The notes under the pieces are model-generated. The model did no database searches. It worked only from the letters and a program-made list of their open reading frames with translations, and was not told where the DNA came from. Source: Candidatus Bathyarchaeia archaeon (GTDB taxonomy: Archaea; Thermoproteota; Bathyarchaeia; Bathyarchaeales; Bathycorpusculaceae). From it: a DNA stretch of 64,000 nucleotides. Of this stretch, positions 28,692 to 38,343 are shown piece after piece. The stretch spans positions 32,001 to 96,000 of the forward strand of contig JAVZLM010000005.1 in NCBI GenBank assembly GCA_038883775.1. Direction: 5' to 3'. How positions within the stretch are numbered: position 1 is the stretch's first letter; the number at the start of each line of letters is the position of its first letter. The position numbers and the translations under genes were made by a program.

Positions 28692-29286
28692 GTGTACGAA
28701 ATTTCAGAGCCTTTACATTTATATTTAGTGAAAAATCTTAGAGGAATAGTTTACTTTTCAATAACTGTTTCTGTAAAAGAAGAGTTTGATTGGCTTAAAA
28801 GAAAATTTAAATACAGAGAACTTGGAATTTCCGAAAGTTTAGGACTTAAGCAGACATGGAAGAAACTTTTGACCTTACCAAAAATCGAGGAAAACCCAGC
28901 GCTGGATTCGCTTTCTTCAAGCTTCAAAATTCATTTGTCCCTTAACAGTTTTGAAGGAAGAAAGTCTAAAAGATTTTGGAAATGCCATAATCGCTTGTCT
29001 CAAAACTAAAGAGAAACTAAGCGACAAAGAATTGAAATTTAATTTGAGATTGGTTAATTATTCCATAACAGATTTTTATTTAAAATCCATAGAACTTGCC
29101 TTGCAGTCTGACATGGAAGGAAGAAGGAAGCTTGCAGAAAAGGATATGAAAAGATTCTGGAGAATTAAAGCCAGCAAAGACGGAAAAACTTTGATCGCGT
29201 ATGCGGACCCACTTCTGCTCAAAAGCACTCTGCAAAATGCAATGCAAATGAGCCTTGTCCCATGCATAATCCTTGATTTAAGCTAA
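28692..29286 (+). pseudogene. Hypothetical protein, probably one gene split by an extra T at ~28950
   Basis: The overlapping ORFs 28692-29009 and 28951-29286 join if AGTTTTGAAG is read as AGTTTGAAG. Confidence 0.5.
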
Positions 29287-29295
29287 ACTTGGCGA

Positions 29296-29853
29296 TTACA
29301 GAATTTCTCCTGCTGTTTTTCTGTAAATTTCGAAGTCGCGACTTGAAAACAACACGAACACAACTTTGTCGAGGTTATCCTCCTTTTCCAAAAACTCCTT
29401 AACCGTTGATAGGGCTATTTTGCTCGCTTCTTCGATAGGATAACCATAGGTGCCCGTGCTTATGGCTGGAAACGCAATAGTTTTTAGTCCTTTAGAAACA
29501 GCTAATTTTAGCGAGTTGTGGTAAGCTTCAGCTAAAAGTTGCGGCTCACCACTTGAGCCGCCACGCCATATGGGTCCAACAGTGTGGATAACGTATTTAG
29601 CCTTTAAGTTCCCGCCAGAAGTGATGACAGCCTTTCCCGTTGGTAATCCGTTTGGATATTCTGTGGCTCTTATGCGTTTGCATTCCTCAAGGATTTTTGG
29701 TCCGCCCTTGCGGTGGATTGCTCCGTCCACGCCTCCGCCTCCCATAAGCGATGGATTAGCAGCGTTCACTATTGCATCAGTGTCCATTTCAGTTATGTCG
29801 CCTTGAACTAGGAGGATTTTTGCCTTGCCAACCCTAAATTCTTCACTCGGCAT
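29296..29853 (-). CDS. Macro-domain O-acetyl-ADP-ribose deacetylase
   Basis: GDIT, NAAN..GGGGVDGAIH, HTVGP and AISTGTYGYP. Confidence 0.93.
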   Translation of the reverse strand: MPSEEFRVGKAKILLVQGDITEMDTDAIVNAANPSLMGGGGVDGAIHRKGGPKILEECKRIRATEYPNGLPTGKAVITSGGNLKAKYVIHTVGPIWRGGSSGEPQLLAEAYHNSLKLAVSKGLKTIAFPAISTGTYGYPIEEASKIALSTVKEFLEKEDNLDKVVFVLFSSRDFEIYRKTAGEIL

Positions 29854-29989
29854 TAGAGTCCCCCTCAACAATTTATTCTGTAACCATTCTAAATTCTTAA
29901 ATGTTAAATCTTTCTCGCCCTTAAACACTTACACACATAAAATTAGGGCTTAAGCTTATTTTCTTGAAAAATAACTAATCTTCAGCAAG

Positions 29990-31366
29990 GTGAAAATCAT
30001 GGATTTCAGCAAATTAGAAAATTTCGTTTTTGAGAAAATGTCTAAAACCCATTTGCCAGGACTAAGCATAGCCATCGTTAAAGACGGCGAAGTGATTTAT
30101 AGTAGAGGCTTCTGTTTTAGGGACCTGGAGTATGGCTTAAGGGCAACTCCAAACACACTTTATGGAATAGGGTCCATAACCAAATCGTTCACCGCCCTTT
30201 CCATAATGCAACTTGCCGAAAAAGGAAAATTAAGCTTGGAGGATTCTGTTAGCAAATATGTTCCATTAGAGCTAAAATCCATGGAGGAACCAATAAAAAT
30301 ATGGCACCTGCTCAGCCACAGTTCTGGTTTGCCAGCCTTGGCTTATGCAGAAGCTCTTATTCGATATTTGACGGGGGCTGGTGAAAAATGGATTCCCATA
30401 GCAAGCTGCGAGGATATCCTAACTTTTATTCGTGAAGCAGACCAGTGGGCTTTGGCTAAGCCTGGAGAAAGATGGTTCTACTTAAACGAGGGCTACGTGA
30501 TTCTCGGCTACATCATAGAGAAGCTTTCTAACATGCGTTATGAAGAATACGTGAAAAAGAATATTCTTGAACCTTTGCATATGAGCAGAAGCTTCTTTAA
30601 AAAAGAAGATGTGGAATCAGATTTGGATGCAGCCACACCATACATAATCACCAGAGATGGAGAATGCAAAAAATCCGTCTATCCTTATGGAATTTCTGCC
30701 GACGGTGGGCTGATAAGTAATGTCTTAGACTTAGCCCGATACATTATCATGTTTCTTAATCGAGGAACATACGATGGTAACACCTTGGCGTCTCCCAATT
30801 CTATAGAGGAGATGGAAAAGCCAAGAATAAAATTGCCGCTTCAAATTTTCAGCGGAGAATCTTATGGATATGGCTTAAGCATAACTCCCAACTTCTATGG
30901 CAATAAATTAGTAGGTCATGGTGGCTCTGTGCTTGTTTACACTGCCTACATGGGATACATACCAGATAAAAAAGTGGGCATTGCGTTAATGGCTAATGGA
31001 AGTGGTTATCCTCTCTCCCAAATTGGCTTGTATGGACTTGCATTGATGCTGAATGAAAATCCGGAAAACCTTCCATTCATAAAAATTGAAAGAGTCTATG
31101 ATGCGCTTACAGGACTTTACGAAACTTATAAGGGAACAATGAAAGCACAAATTGTCAGCAAAGGCGGCATCCTCCAACTTGAGATTAAGGACAGATATAC
31201 GGATATGATTATACCCTTAATTCCAGAAGACATAGAGGGCACTGTGAAGAAATTTTATGCCCTTCAGTCAGGTGGGAAGCTTCCAGTTGAGTTTATGGTT
31301 GTTGGGGAAAGGGTAGACTTGATTTATGAACGGTATAGACTTAGGAAAGTCGGCAATTTAGCGTAA
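29990..31366 (+). CDS. Serine hydrolase of the beta-lactamase/PBP family (Pab87-like peptidase)
   Basis: SITK, LLSHSSG, YLN and GHGG; extra C-terminal domain. Confidence 0.88.
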   Translation: MKIMDFSKLENFVFEKMSKTHLPGLSIAIVKDGEVIYSRGFCFRDLEYGLRATPNTLYGIGSITKSFTALSIMQLAEKGKLSLEDSVSKYVPLELKSMEEPIKIWHLLSHSSGLPALAYAEALIRYLTGAGEKWIPIASCEDILTFIREADQWALAKPGERWFYLNEGYVILGYIIEKLSNMRYEEYVKKNILEPLHMSRSFFKKEDVESDLDAATPYIITRDGECKKSVYPYGISADGGLISNVLDLARYIIMFLNRGTYDGNTLASPNSIEEMEKPRIKLPLQIFSGESYGYGLSITPNFYGNKLVGHGGSVLVYTAYMGYIPDKKVGIALMANGSGYPLSQIGLYGLALMLNENPENLPFIKIERVYDALTGLYETYKGTMKAQIVSKGGILQLEIKDRYTDMIIPLIPEDIEGTVKKFYALQSGGKLPVEFMVVGERVDLIYERYRLRKVGNLA

Positions 31367-31984
31367 CGCTGAAATAATGAACCATACTCCAAAACCTGTT
31401 AAAACGAGAAAACAAAAACCAAAAACAATTTCATGCACTCTTTCAGTCCAAAAACGTCTCGATTTAAAAACTGTCAAAGAAACGAAAATGTTCCAGACTA
31501 GGTCGCAAGACCAATGGATTACGGCAAAAATTAAAAAGCCCACAAACCCAAAAAGGGCAGCATTCATAACTAAGAAGAGTCCAATAGTAGCCCACCAAAA
31601 AAGGAAATAGGGATTACTAGCTGTAGCAAGAATCCCAGAAACAAGGGAACCATATTTGAAATAGGAAGACTCCTCTTCCATTTCCTTTCGAGCTTTAAGC
31701 ATTTTCAACCCCAAATAAACCATCAATGCTCCACCCACAAGACCTATAATTTTCTGTGTAAGCGGGGAAGCAAAAACCCATGCAAAACCAAGGTAAATGA
31801 GAAACATTATGGGGAACTCCACAACCCCATGACCAATGGATATTAGGATTCCAGCATTCTTTTCTCTGCTAGCCCTTGCAACAGTTACAGCAAACAAGGG
31901 GCCAGGCGACATAACTCCAGATAAGGAGACTAAAATTACTGAAATTAGAAAAAGGTGGAAATCCATAATCATAGGGGGTTCCAT
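31358..31984 (-). CDS. LysE family exporter
   Basis: SPGP, GHG..E and NPY..WW. Confidence 0.88.
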   Translation of the reverse strand: MEPPMIMDFHLFLISVILVSLSGVMSPGPLFAVTVARASREKNAGILISIGHGVVEFPIMFLIYLGFAWVFASPLTQKIIGLVGGALMVYLGLKMLKARKEMEEESSYFKYGSLVSGILATASNPYFLFWWATIGLFLVMNAALFGFVGFLIFAVIHWSCDLVWNIFVSLTVFKSRRFWTERVHEIVFGFCFLVLTGFGVWFIISALR

Positions 31985-32015
31985 AAAACTTCACCGAAAC
32001 CCTTTACGCCTTCAC

Positions 32016-33173
32016 TTACCTTTTTAGTGAAAGGAGTTTATCTTCCGCTGCTGCTAATCCAGCTCCAAGTTTGAAATTGTATCCTAAACTTTTCAAAGTT
32101 GATTCAATAGCCGCTATTGTAGACATTATATCGTTTTGACTAACGTTTCCCATATGTCCCACTCGGAAGCCCTTCCCCTTTAATGGTCCAAGAGTGGAGG
32201 CAACAACAATTCCACACTTTTTCATTTCGCTTCTGAACTTTGCATCATCAATGTTTTCTGGATAATACACGGCAGTAACAGTGTCAGCTGCATGTTCTCT
32301 ATCTGCCACCAGCTTAAGGTTTAAGGTGTTCATTGCAGCCCTAAAAGCCTCAGCCAAAACATGATGTCTTCTAAATCGCTCACTTAACCCTTCCTCAAGC
32401 ACAATTTTCAAAGCTTCAGAAAGGGCATAAATCATGTTAACTGGCGGAGTTGCAAAGTATTGCGATGGGTCTCGCATAACTGGAAGCCAATTTAGCAAAT
32501 TTCCATACCAAAAACTTGGGGGATTTTTTCGCTTTTCAAGATAGTCTAAAACTTTGTCGCTGATTGAAAGTAGGGCTAAACCAGGCGGAACGCCCAGGCA
32601 TTTTTGTGAACCGGAAACGCAAATGTCTATGTTCCACTCGTCAACTCGAACTTCCATTCCACCAAGTGAACAGACGGTATCTACAATGTAGAAGGCATCA
32701 CTGTTTTCCCTAACAATTTCGCCTATCTCCTTAATTGGGTTCGCAACACCAGTGGACGTTTCAACATGGGTAACAGTAACCGCCTTATAAGAATCCTCTT
32801 TTAAGGCATTCCTAATCATTTCCGGCTTTACTGCTTTACCCCACGGCACTTCCAAAACTTTTGCAGTAGCTCCATAAGCCTTTGATATTTTAACGAAATA
32901 ATCGCCAAAATAGCCAGCAACCAAATTTAAAATTTTGTCTCCGGGCTCTACGAGGTTGGCAATAGCCATTTCTAGGGCTAGGGTTCCAGAACCAGCTATT
33001 ACAAAAACATCATTTTCCGTCATGAAAACCCTTTTTAAGTTGTTAAGGGTTTCTTTGAAGATTTCAACAAATTCTGGACTTGTGTGGGATAGAGGTGGCT
33101 TGCTTAGAGCTCTTAAAACTTTTGGGTCAACATTTGTTGGACCTGGAATCATGAGAAGCTCTCTTTCACCCAT
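32016..33173 (-). CDS. Class V PLP aminotransferase (alanine-glyoxylate/serine-pyruvate type)
   Basis: MIPGPT, HVETSTG, GSQK and FRVGHMG. Confidence 0.92.
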   Translation of the reverse strand: MGERELLMIPGPTNVDPKVLRALSKPPLSHTSPEFVEIFKETLNNLKRVFMTENDVFVIAGSGTLALEMAIANLVEPGDKILNLVAGYFGDYFVKISKAYGATAKVLEVPWGKAVKPEMIRNALKEDSYKAVTVTHVETSTGVANPIKEIGEIVRENSDAFYIVDTVCSLGGMEVRVDEWNIDICVSGSQKCLGVPPGLALLSISDKVLDYLEKRKNPPSFWYGNLLNWLPVMRDPSQYFATPPVNMIYALSEALKIVLEEGLSERFRRHHVLAEAFRAAMNTLNLKLVADREHAADTVTAVYYPENIDDAKFRSEMKKCGIVVASTLGPLKGKGFRVGHMGNVSQNDIMSTIAAIESTLKSLGYNFKLGAGLAAAEDKLLSLKR

Positions 33174-33246
33174 TTAGGTTAGCCTCCTTATGGCGACCAA
33201 TACAGCTATATTTATGTTTACTTTTAAATTGTGCGGAAGGATTTTC

Positions 33247-33516
33247 TTGTCTGCTAAGGCTGAAGGTTTAGGATTTTGGCGGAAAATCAAAGACTTTTTT
33301 ATCGGAGCAACTGTTTATAGCGCTATTAAGGAACTTGAAGAAAGGAGACTGCTTGTCGAGTATGGGTTAATGCTGGCAGTGATTGGAGACATGCTGGGGT
33401 ATCCTGTTCCTTCTTATTATAAGCTTAGATTGCTTCCTTTTTGGTTGCCAAGGATAGAAGCGTGGAAAAGTTTCTTGCTTAAAGAGAAGGATATAACGGA
33501 GAAGTTGAAGGGATAA
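33247..33516 (+). CDS. Small CstA/ArsA-associated protein, paralogue 1
   Basis: ML...GDMLG.P..YY.LRLLP.W...I..WK, shared with the next gene. Confidence 0.75.
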   Translation: MSAKAEGLGFWRKIKDFFIGATVYSAIKELEERRLLVEYGLMLAVIGDMLGYPVPSYYKLRLLPFWLPRIEAWKSFLLKEKDITEKLKG

Positions 33517-33575
33517 ATAAGAATAACATTTTTATCTTGAGAGTATTTCCTTATTGTTTTGTGAGTGAAAAACCA

Positions 33576-33863
33576 ATGGCGAAAAAAGAAAAGAACGCGG
33601 AAAAAAGGGAAAGCGAGATTAAAAAGGCAGCAAAGGGCTTAGTTTATGGAATGGCTATGCATGGTATGGTGAGTTATGCCCTAAAAACAAGGATGCACTT
33701 GGAAAATCTTTTTATGCTCATTACAATGGGAGACATGCTAGGCGTTCCAGTATTGCCACCATACTACTGCTTAAGGCTTTTGCCATACTGCGTTCCCCAC
33801 ATTAAAACTTGGAAGAGAACATTGCTGAGGGAACGCGACGTCACTGACTCGATTTTTGCCTAA
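33576..33863 (+). CDS. Small CstA/ArsA-associated protein, paralogue 2
   Basis: ENLFMLITMGDMLGVPVLPPYYCLRLLPY. Confidence 0.8.
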   Translation: MAKKEKNAEKRESEIKKAAKGLVYGMAMHGMVSYALKTRMHLENLFMLITMGDMLGVPVLPPYYCLRLLPYCVPHIKTWKRTLLRERDVTDSIFA

Positions 33864-33879
33864 TGGAGGCTGAACAAAT

Positions 33880-34872
33880 TTGTCAATAACTATGTCGATG
33901 GAAGAATATTTAAAAACTCATCCAAACGTGAAATACATACTCTTCGGCGGTAAGGGAGGACTCGGAAAAACAACGTTGTCTGCTGCAACTGCTTATTGGC
34001 TTTCTAAACATGGGAAAAGGGTTGTTGTATTTTCAACAGATCCCCAAGCAAGTCTCACCGATATTTTTGAGAGGAACATTTTCGGCAAGGGAGAGGTTGA
34101 AATAGCCCCTAACCTTTTTGCGTTGGAAATTGATGCTGATAAACGCATAGCGGACTATCAGCAGGAAATTCGAAACAAGATAATGGAAATGTATGGGGAA
34201 GTTCCAAAAGAAGTGGAAGATTATATTCAATCTTCTGCAGCGGAGCCCGCCATGGCTGAATCAGCAACTTTTGACGCCATGGTTGAGTTGATGACAAGCG
34301 GCACATATGATTACTACATTTTTGATATGATGCCACATGGACATGCTATTCGTTTTCTCGGCATGTCAGAAATATTAGACGCTTGGGTTAACAAAATTGT
34401 TGAGACCAGAAAAAAAGCAGCAGAGTATGGTGATGTAGCTTCTGTTATGAGCGGAAAGGGCGGATTAGCTCAAGAAGATAAGATTTTGGAGGAGTTGGAT
34501 TTCATAAGAACCCGATTAGGATTTGTCAGTAACATGATGAGGGATGAGGAGCACACAGCCTTCTTTTATGTTCTTATACCAGAGCTTATGCCAATTCTAG
34601 ACACCAAAAAAGCCCTAGAGATGTTTAGAGCCTTCAACATTCCATTAAGCGGCGTTATAGTGAATCAAGTTTATCCTACGGATTTGTTAAAGCAAAAGAA
34701 TGTTCCTTCATTCTTAAAAAATAAGATATCAATGCAGCAAGAACACATGAAAACGATTCAAAGAGAGTTTGGACCATTAATTCGTGGAATTGTGCCAATG
34801 TTTGATAGAGAACCAAAGGGGCTTAAAATGATTCCTGAAGTTGCTAAGGTACTATTTAAGGAGGGACGCTAG
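33880..34872 (+). CDS. ArsA/Get3-family ATPase 1
   Basis: GGKGGLGKTT, STDP and DMMPHGH; no Cys. Confidence 0.92.
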   Translation: MSITMSMEEYLKTHPNVKYILFGGKGGLGKTTLSAATAYWLSKHGKRVVVFSTDPQASLTDIFERNIFGKGEVEIAPNLFALEIDADKRIADYQQEIRNKIMEMYGEVPKEVEDYIQSSAAEPAMAESATFDAMVELMTSGTYDYYIFDMMPHGHAIRFLGMSEILDAWVNKIVETRKKAAEYGDVASVMSGKGGLAQEDKILEELDFIRTRLGFVSNMMRDEEHTAFFYVLIPELMPILDTKKALEMFRAFNIPLSGVIVNQVYPTDLLKQKNVPSFLKNKISMQQEHMKTIQREFGPLIRGIVPMFDREPKGLKMIPEVAKVLFKEGR

Positions 34873-34874
34873 TT

Positions 34875-35879
34875 ATGAGTCAAACTCAAACCTTTGGAGA
34901 CTTCATATCCTCAAATCCTCAATTGAAATACATGTTTTTTGGAGGGAAGGGTGGGGTAGGTAAGACCGTAGTTGCTGCTGGCGCTGCCTATTATTTGGCT
35001 GAAAAGTTGGGCAGAAAAACGTTAATTTCATCCACTAATCCTGTTCATAGTTTGTCAAGCGCTTTTGGACAAGACATTTGGGGCAAAGGCATCCGAAAAA
35101 TTGAGGGGGCAAAAAATCTTTACGCTATTGAGATTGATGTAACAGACACGATTAAGAGGTATAAAGAGGAAATACGTGAAAAAATTCTCACGTTTTTGAA
35201 GTATGCAGATATACCATTGGACCCTGAACCTTTTGTGGATATTGCTACCACGAATCCAGCTTTTGAAGAATCTGCCATGTTTGATGACATGATTGATTTG
35301 ATATTGAAGGGCGAATTTGACGCTTACATTTTTGACACTGCACCAGTTGCCCACACCTATCGCCTTTTGGGAATGTCTAAAGTTTATGATCTTTGGCTGC
35401 ATAAAATGGTTGAAAGCCGAAAGGAAGCCCTTTCCCTACGGGTTAAGTTGTCTTTTAGAAAAGAAAAGATTATGGAGGAAATAAAGCGAGATCCCATGCT
35501 TGCCAGTCTCTTAGCCACCAGGGAAAAGACTGAGAAGGGACGAAAGCTTTTGACGGATAAGGAGAAAACAGCATTCTTCTTTGTTACGTTACCGCTTGCT
35601 CTTCCTATAGCGGTTATTGAGCGTTTCATTGGTTGGGTTAAAGCCTTCGATATACCAACTGGCGGCGTTATAGTGAATGAGGTTTTGCCAAAGGAAGAGT
35701 TTGACTTGAAAAATGCTACATCCTACATAGTTAACAAGATTCAGGAGCAAGAAGGCTACTTGAAAATGATTCACAGCAAGTTTCCAGGAATGGTTCGCGG
35801 TTATGTTCCGTTGTTTGAAAAAGAAGTCGCTGGTTTAGAAATGATTGCCCGTGTGGCAGACGCCTTAGGGAAAAAATAA
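34875..35879 (+). CDS. ArsA/Get3-family ATPase 2 (switch-I Asp replaced by Asn)
   Basis: GGKGGVGKT, STNPVHS and DTAPVAH; no Cys. Confidence 0.92.
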   Translation: MSQTQTFGDFISSNPQLKYMFFGGKGGVGKTVVAAGAAYYLAEKLGRKTLISSTNPVHSLSSAFGQDIWGKGIRKIEGAKNLYAIEIDVTDTIKRYKEEIREKILTFLKYADIPLDPEPFVDIATTNPAFEESAMFDDMIDLILKGEFDAYIFDTAPVAHTYRLLGMSKVYDLWLHKMVESRKEALSLRVKLSFRKEKIMEEIKRDPMLASLLATREKTEKGRKLLTDKEKTAFFFVTLPLALPIAVIERFIGWVKAFDIPTGGVIVNEVLPKEEFDLKNATSYIVNKIQEQEGYLKMIHSKFPGMVRGYVPLFEKEVAGLEMIARVADALGKK

Positions 35880-35889
35880 AAGGGGAAAA

Positions 35890-37587
35890 TTAAGTTTTAG
35901 CAGTTTCTTCCTTTGGCTTTGCCCTTAACCGCTGGAAAGCTTTTGCTCCCTCATAACACATGAAAAGACCAAGAATTAACAAGAAGATATTTACAATAGC
36001 TGCAATTAAGGCTCCGATTTTCGAAGGATCTGCAATGTATCCAGTAATTCCACTGTATGTAAGATACGCCAACGCTGACAAGGTAGTTGCTAACATGAAA
36101 AGCATAGGAATCACGGTATAGATTGTGGGACGTTTTTCTTTGGTAAGCCATAGGGACACTATCATCAATGCCAATCCAGCCATGAGTTGATTAGCTCCGC
36201 CGAAAGTGCCCCAAATATAGCTGAATACAGCACCAACGTGTGGACTTGTTATTAAATAGACTATTATGCATACTAAGATGGCACTGAAGTACATATTCTT
36301 GAATATTCCGCCAAATCTGGGCCCACCTAAATCTGACAGAACCAAGCGGGTAATCCTGAGTCCTATATGCATTATTGTTATCGCTAATATAATTAGCATT
36401 ACAGACGTCAATGCATTTCCAACAGTTTCTGAAATTCCTATATAACCTAATAGTTGGGAACCGCCTTTTACAAATACGCTTCCTGCAGCAGTTGTTTCTA
36501 CCAAGCTTGGAGAAAGAATTGCGCATGTAACCAAAGCCACAGTTGCCAGTATTCCCTCAGCCAACATTGCGCCACCACCTATGAAATGAGCATCAGGTTC
36601 TGTATCCAACTGTTTTGAAGTAATGGAAGAGCCTATTAAGCTGTGCCATCCAGATATTGCTCCACATGCGATGGTTACAAACATCATCGGCCATAACGGA
36701 CCAATTGCTGCTGAGTTAACCCATTTTCCCGTAGTCCAAAAGGTTGTGGTCGCTGTTTGCGAAAAATTCGGAGCGCCAATGATAGCGCCAATAATTATGC
36801 CTATAACGCCTGAATATACAAGATAGAAGGAAAGATAGTTAATGGGTTGTATGAAAACCCAAATCGGCAGCACAGCTCCAAGGAAACAGAAGAGCAGAGT
36901 TATGAACATCCAAAAATCTAAAGCGTTTGGAAATGGACCTGTCGCTGGAAGAGGGACCCTAAAAGGTTGGGCTATACCAGCCCAGATTCCTAGAAACATT
37001 ACTATTACGGCGATGATCGTGGTGTAAACTATGTTAACTTTAAGCTTATATGTCATAAAACCTGCTAGCACACCTATAAGTGTTACAATAAGCACAGGTA
37101 TTGGACTTACGGGATAGCTTCTAAATAATCCTGCAACAACGTTGGTGAACGATGAAAGAATCAAAATGATATACCAGAGAATATACCATAACAATATTGT
37201 CCGAGCCCTTGGCGAAACTAACTCATAAGTTATAGGTCCAAAAGAAGCGCCTTCCGATCTTGCTGATACCATTAAGCTTCCATAGTCATGTATCCAGCCG
37301 ATGAATATTGTTCCAAAGAGAATCCACAAAAGGGCGGGAAGCCATCCCCATTGAACGCCAATAATTGGGCCAAGAACAGGTCCCAAGGCTGCTATGCTTT
37401 TCCATTGGAAGCCGAATAGGACGTATTTGTTTGTTGGAAAGAATTCAACGCCATCCATGTATGTGTGTGCGGGCGTTTCTCGTTTAGGGTCTGACATTAT
37501 GACGTTTCTGTCAAACCATTTGACATAGCCCCAATAGGCAATTGCGTAAAGGATTATACCCAATAGAATGACAATTACTGAGAGCAT
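35890..37587 (-). CDS. cstA: Carbon starvation protein CstA family transporter
   Basis: TPAH..DGV, GPVLGP, WGWLP, TIACGAISGWH and FGGANQL; SD GGAGG. Confidence 0.93.
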   Translation of the reverse strand: MLSVIVILLGIILYAIAYWGYVKWFDRNVIMSDPKRETPAHTYMDGVEFFPTNKYVLFGFQWKSIAALGPVLGPIIGVQWGWLPALLWILFGTIFIGWIHDYGSLMVSARSEGASFGPITYELVSPRARTILLWYILWYIILILSSFTNVVAGLFRSYPVSPIPVLIVTLIGVLAGFMTYKLKVNIVYTTIIAVIVMFLGIWAGIAQPFRVPLPATGPFPNALDFWMFITLLFCFLGAVLPIWVFIQPINYLSFYLVYSGVIGIIIGAIIGAPNFSQTATTTFWTTGKWVNSAAIGPLWPMMFVTIACGAISGWHSLIGSSITSKQLDTEPDAHFIGGGAMLAEGILATVALVTCAILSPSLVETTAAGSVFVKGGSQLLGYIGISETVGNALTSVMLIILAITIMHIGLRITRLVLSDLGGPRFGGIFKNMYFSAILVCIIVYLITSPHVGAVFSYIWGTFGGANQLMAGLALMIVSLWLTKEKRPTIYTVIPMLFMLATTLSALAYLTYSGITGYIADPSKIGALIAAIVNIFLLILGLFMCYEGAKAFQRLRAKPKEETAKT

Positions 37588-37686
37588 TTTTCTCCTCCAA
37601 AAATGTATATTGAGGGTTATCTTAATATAAAACTTATCATACACATCAAAGCAGAATGGCCGCCCGTCAACGAAAGGAGCCTTAAA

Positions 37687-38343
37687 ATGTACGAATTTAC
37701 TGCAATCTTCCTTCTCGCTTTACTTTTTATAATTGTATACTTTATTGGAATGAGACAAAACCGAAAGATTGCAGTCAAATACGCCAGAACAGTAAAGGAA
37801 TATATGTCTCCGAAAAGCGAGTTTGTAGGCTTCCGTCCATACAGCCGAGGAGGATTTAGAGCAGTATGCAAAATGAAAGAAAAGGAGGCTTTCAAACAAA
37901 TTGAAATGGCAGTAAGCCTCGTAGACCGGGAAAACCTAATGCATTACCCATTAACACTACTAACAAAAGACACCGATCGCCTCGCATGTTGGGGGTTCCT
38001 TAAAGACCCATTATCTCTCAGCATGGAAATCCTATCAAAACCAAATGAAAAAATACGTAAAAAAATGGCTACGGAGAAAAACCTTAAAGAGATAACCGTA
38101 AACAATACATTAAATTCCTCTTTTACTATCCTCACATCAGACCAAAAGTCTGCAAAAAGATTCTTGTCCTATACTAAACTCGAAAAATGCCTAATGGAAA
38201 CGAAGGATTTTGTAAAACGTCTTTCTTTAGACAGCAAAGATTCAAGAATATATTTAATAGGCGACTTGCGAGATGAGTCCACAATAAAATCACTTTTTGA
38301 CATTTTGTTGTGTTGTGGTGAACAAAGCAGAAAAATACACTAA
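37687..38343 (+). CDS. Single N-terminal-TM protein, CCDC47/DUF1682-like
   Basis: TM, then G.R.NRKIA, later L.DRENL...D; the family call is by eye only. Confidence 0.55.
   Translation: MYEFTAIFLLALLFIIVYFIGMRQNRKIAVKYARTVKEYMSPKSEFVGFRPYSRGGFRAVCKMKEKEAFKQIEMAVSLVDRENLMHYPLTLLTKDTDRLACWGFLKDPLSLSMEILSKPNEKIRKKMATEKNLKEITVNNTLNSSFTILTSDQKSAKRFLSYTKLEKCLMETKDFVKRLSLDSKDSRIYLIGDLRDESTIKSLFDILLCCGEQSRKIH

Noticed and set aside
33880-35879. Arsenic-resistance operon
   Set aside because: Neither ATPase has any Cys, and arsB/acr3/arsC/arsD/arsR are absent.
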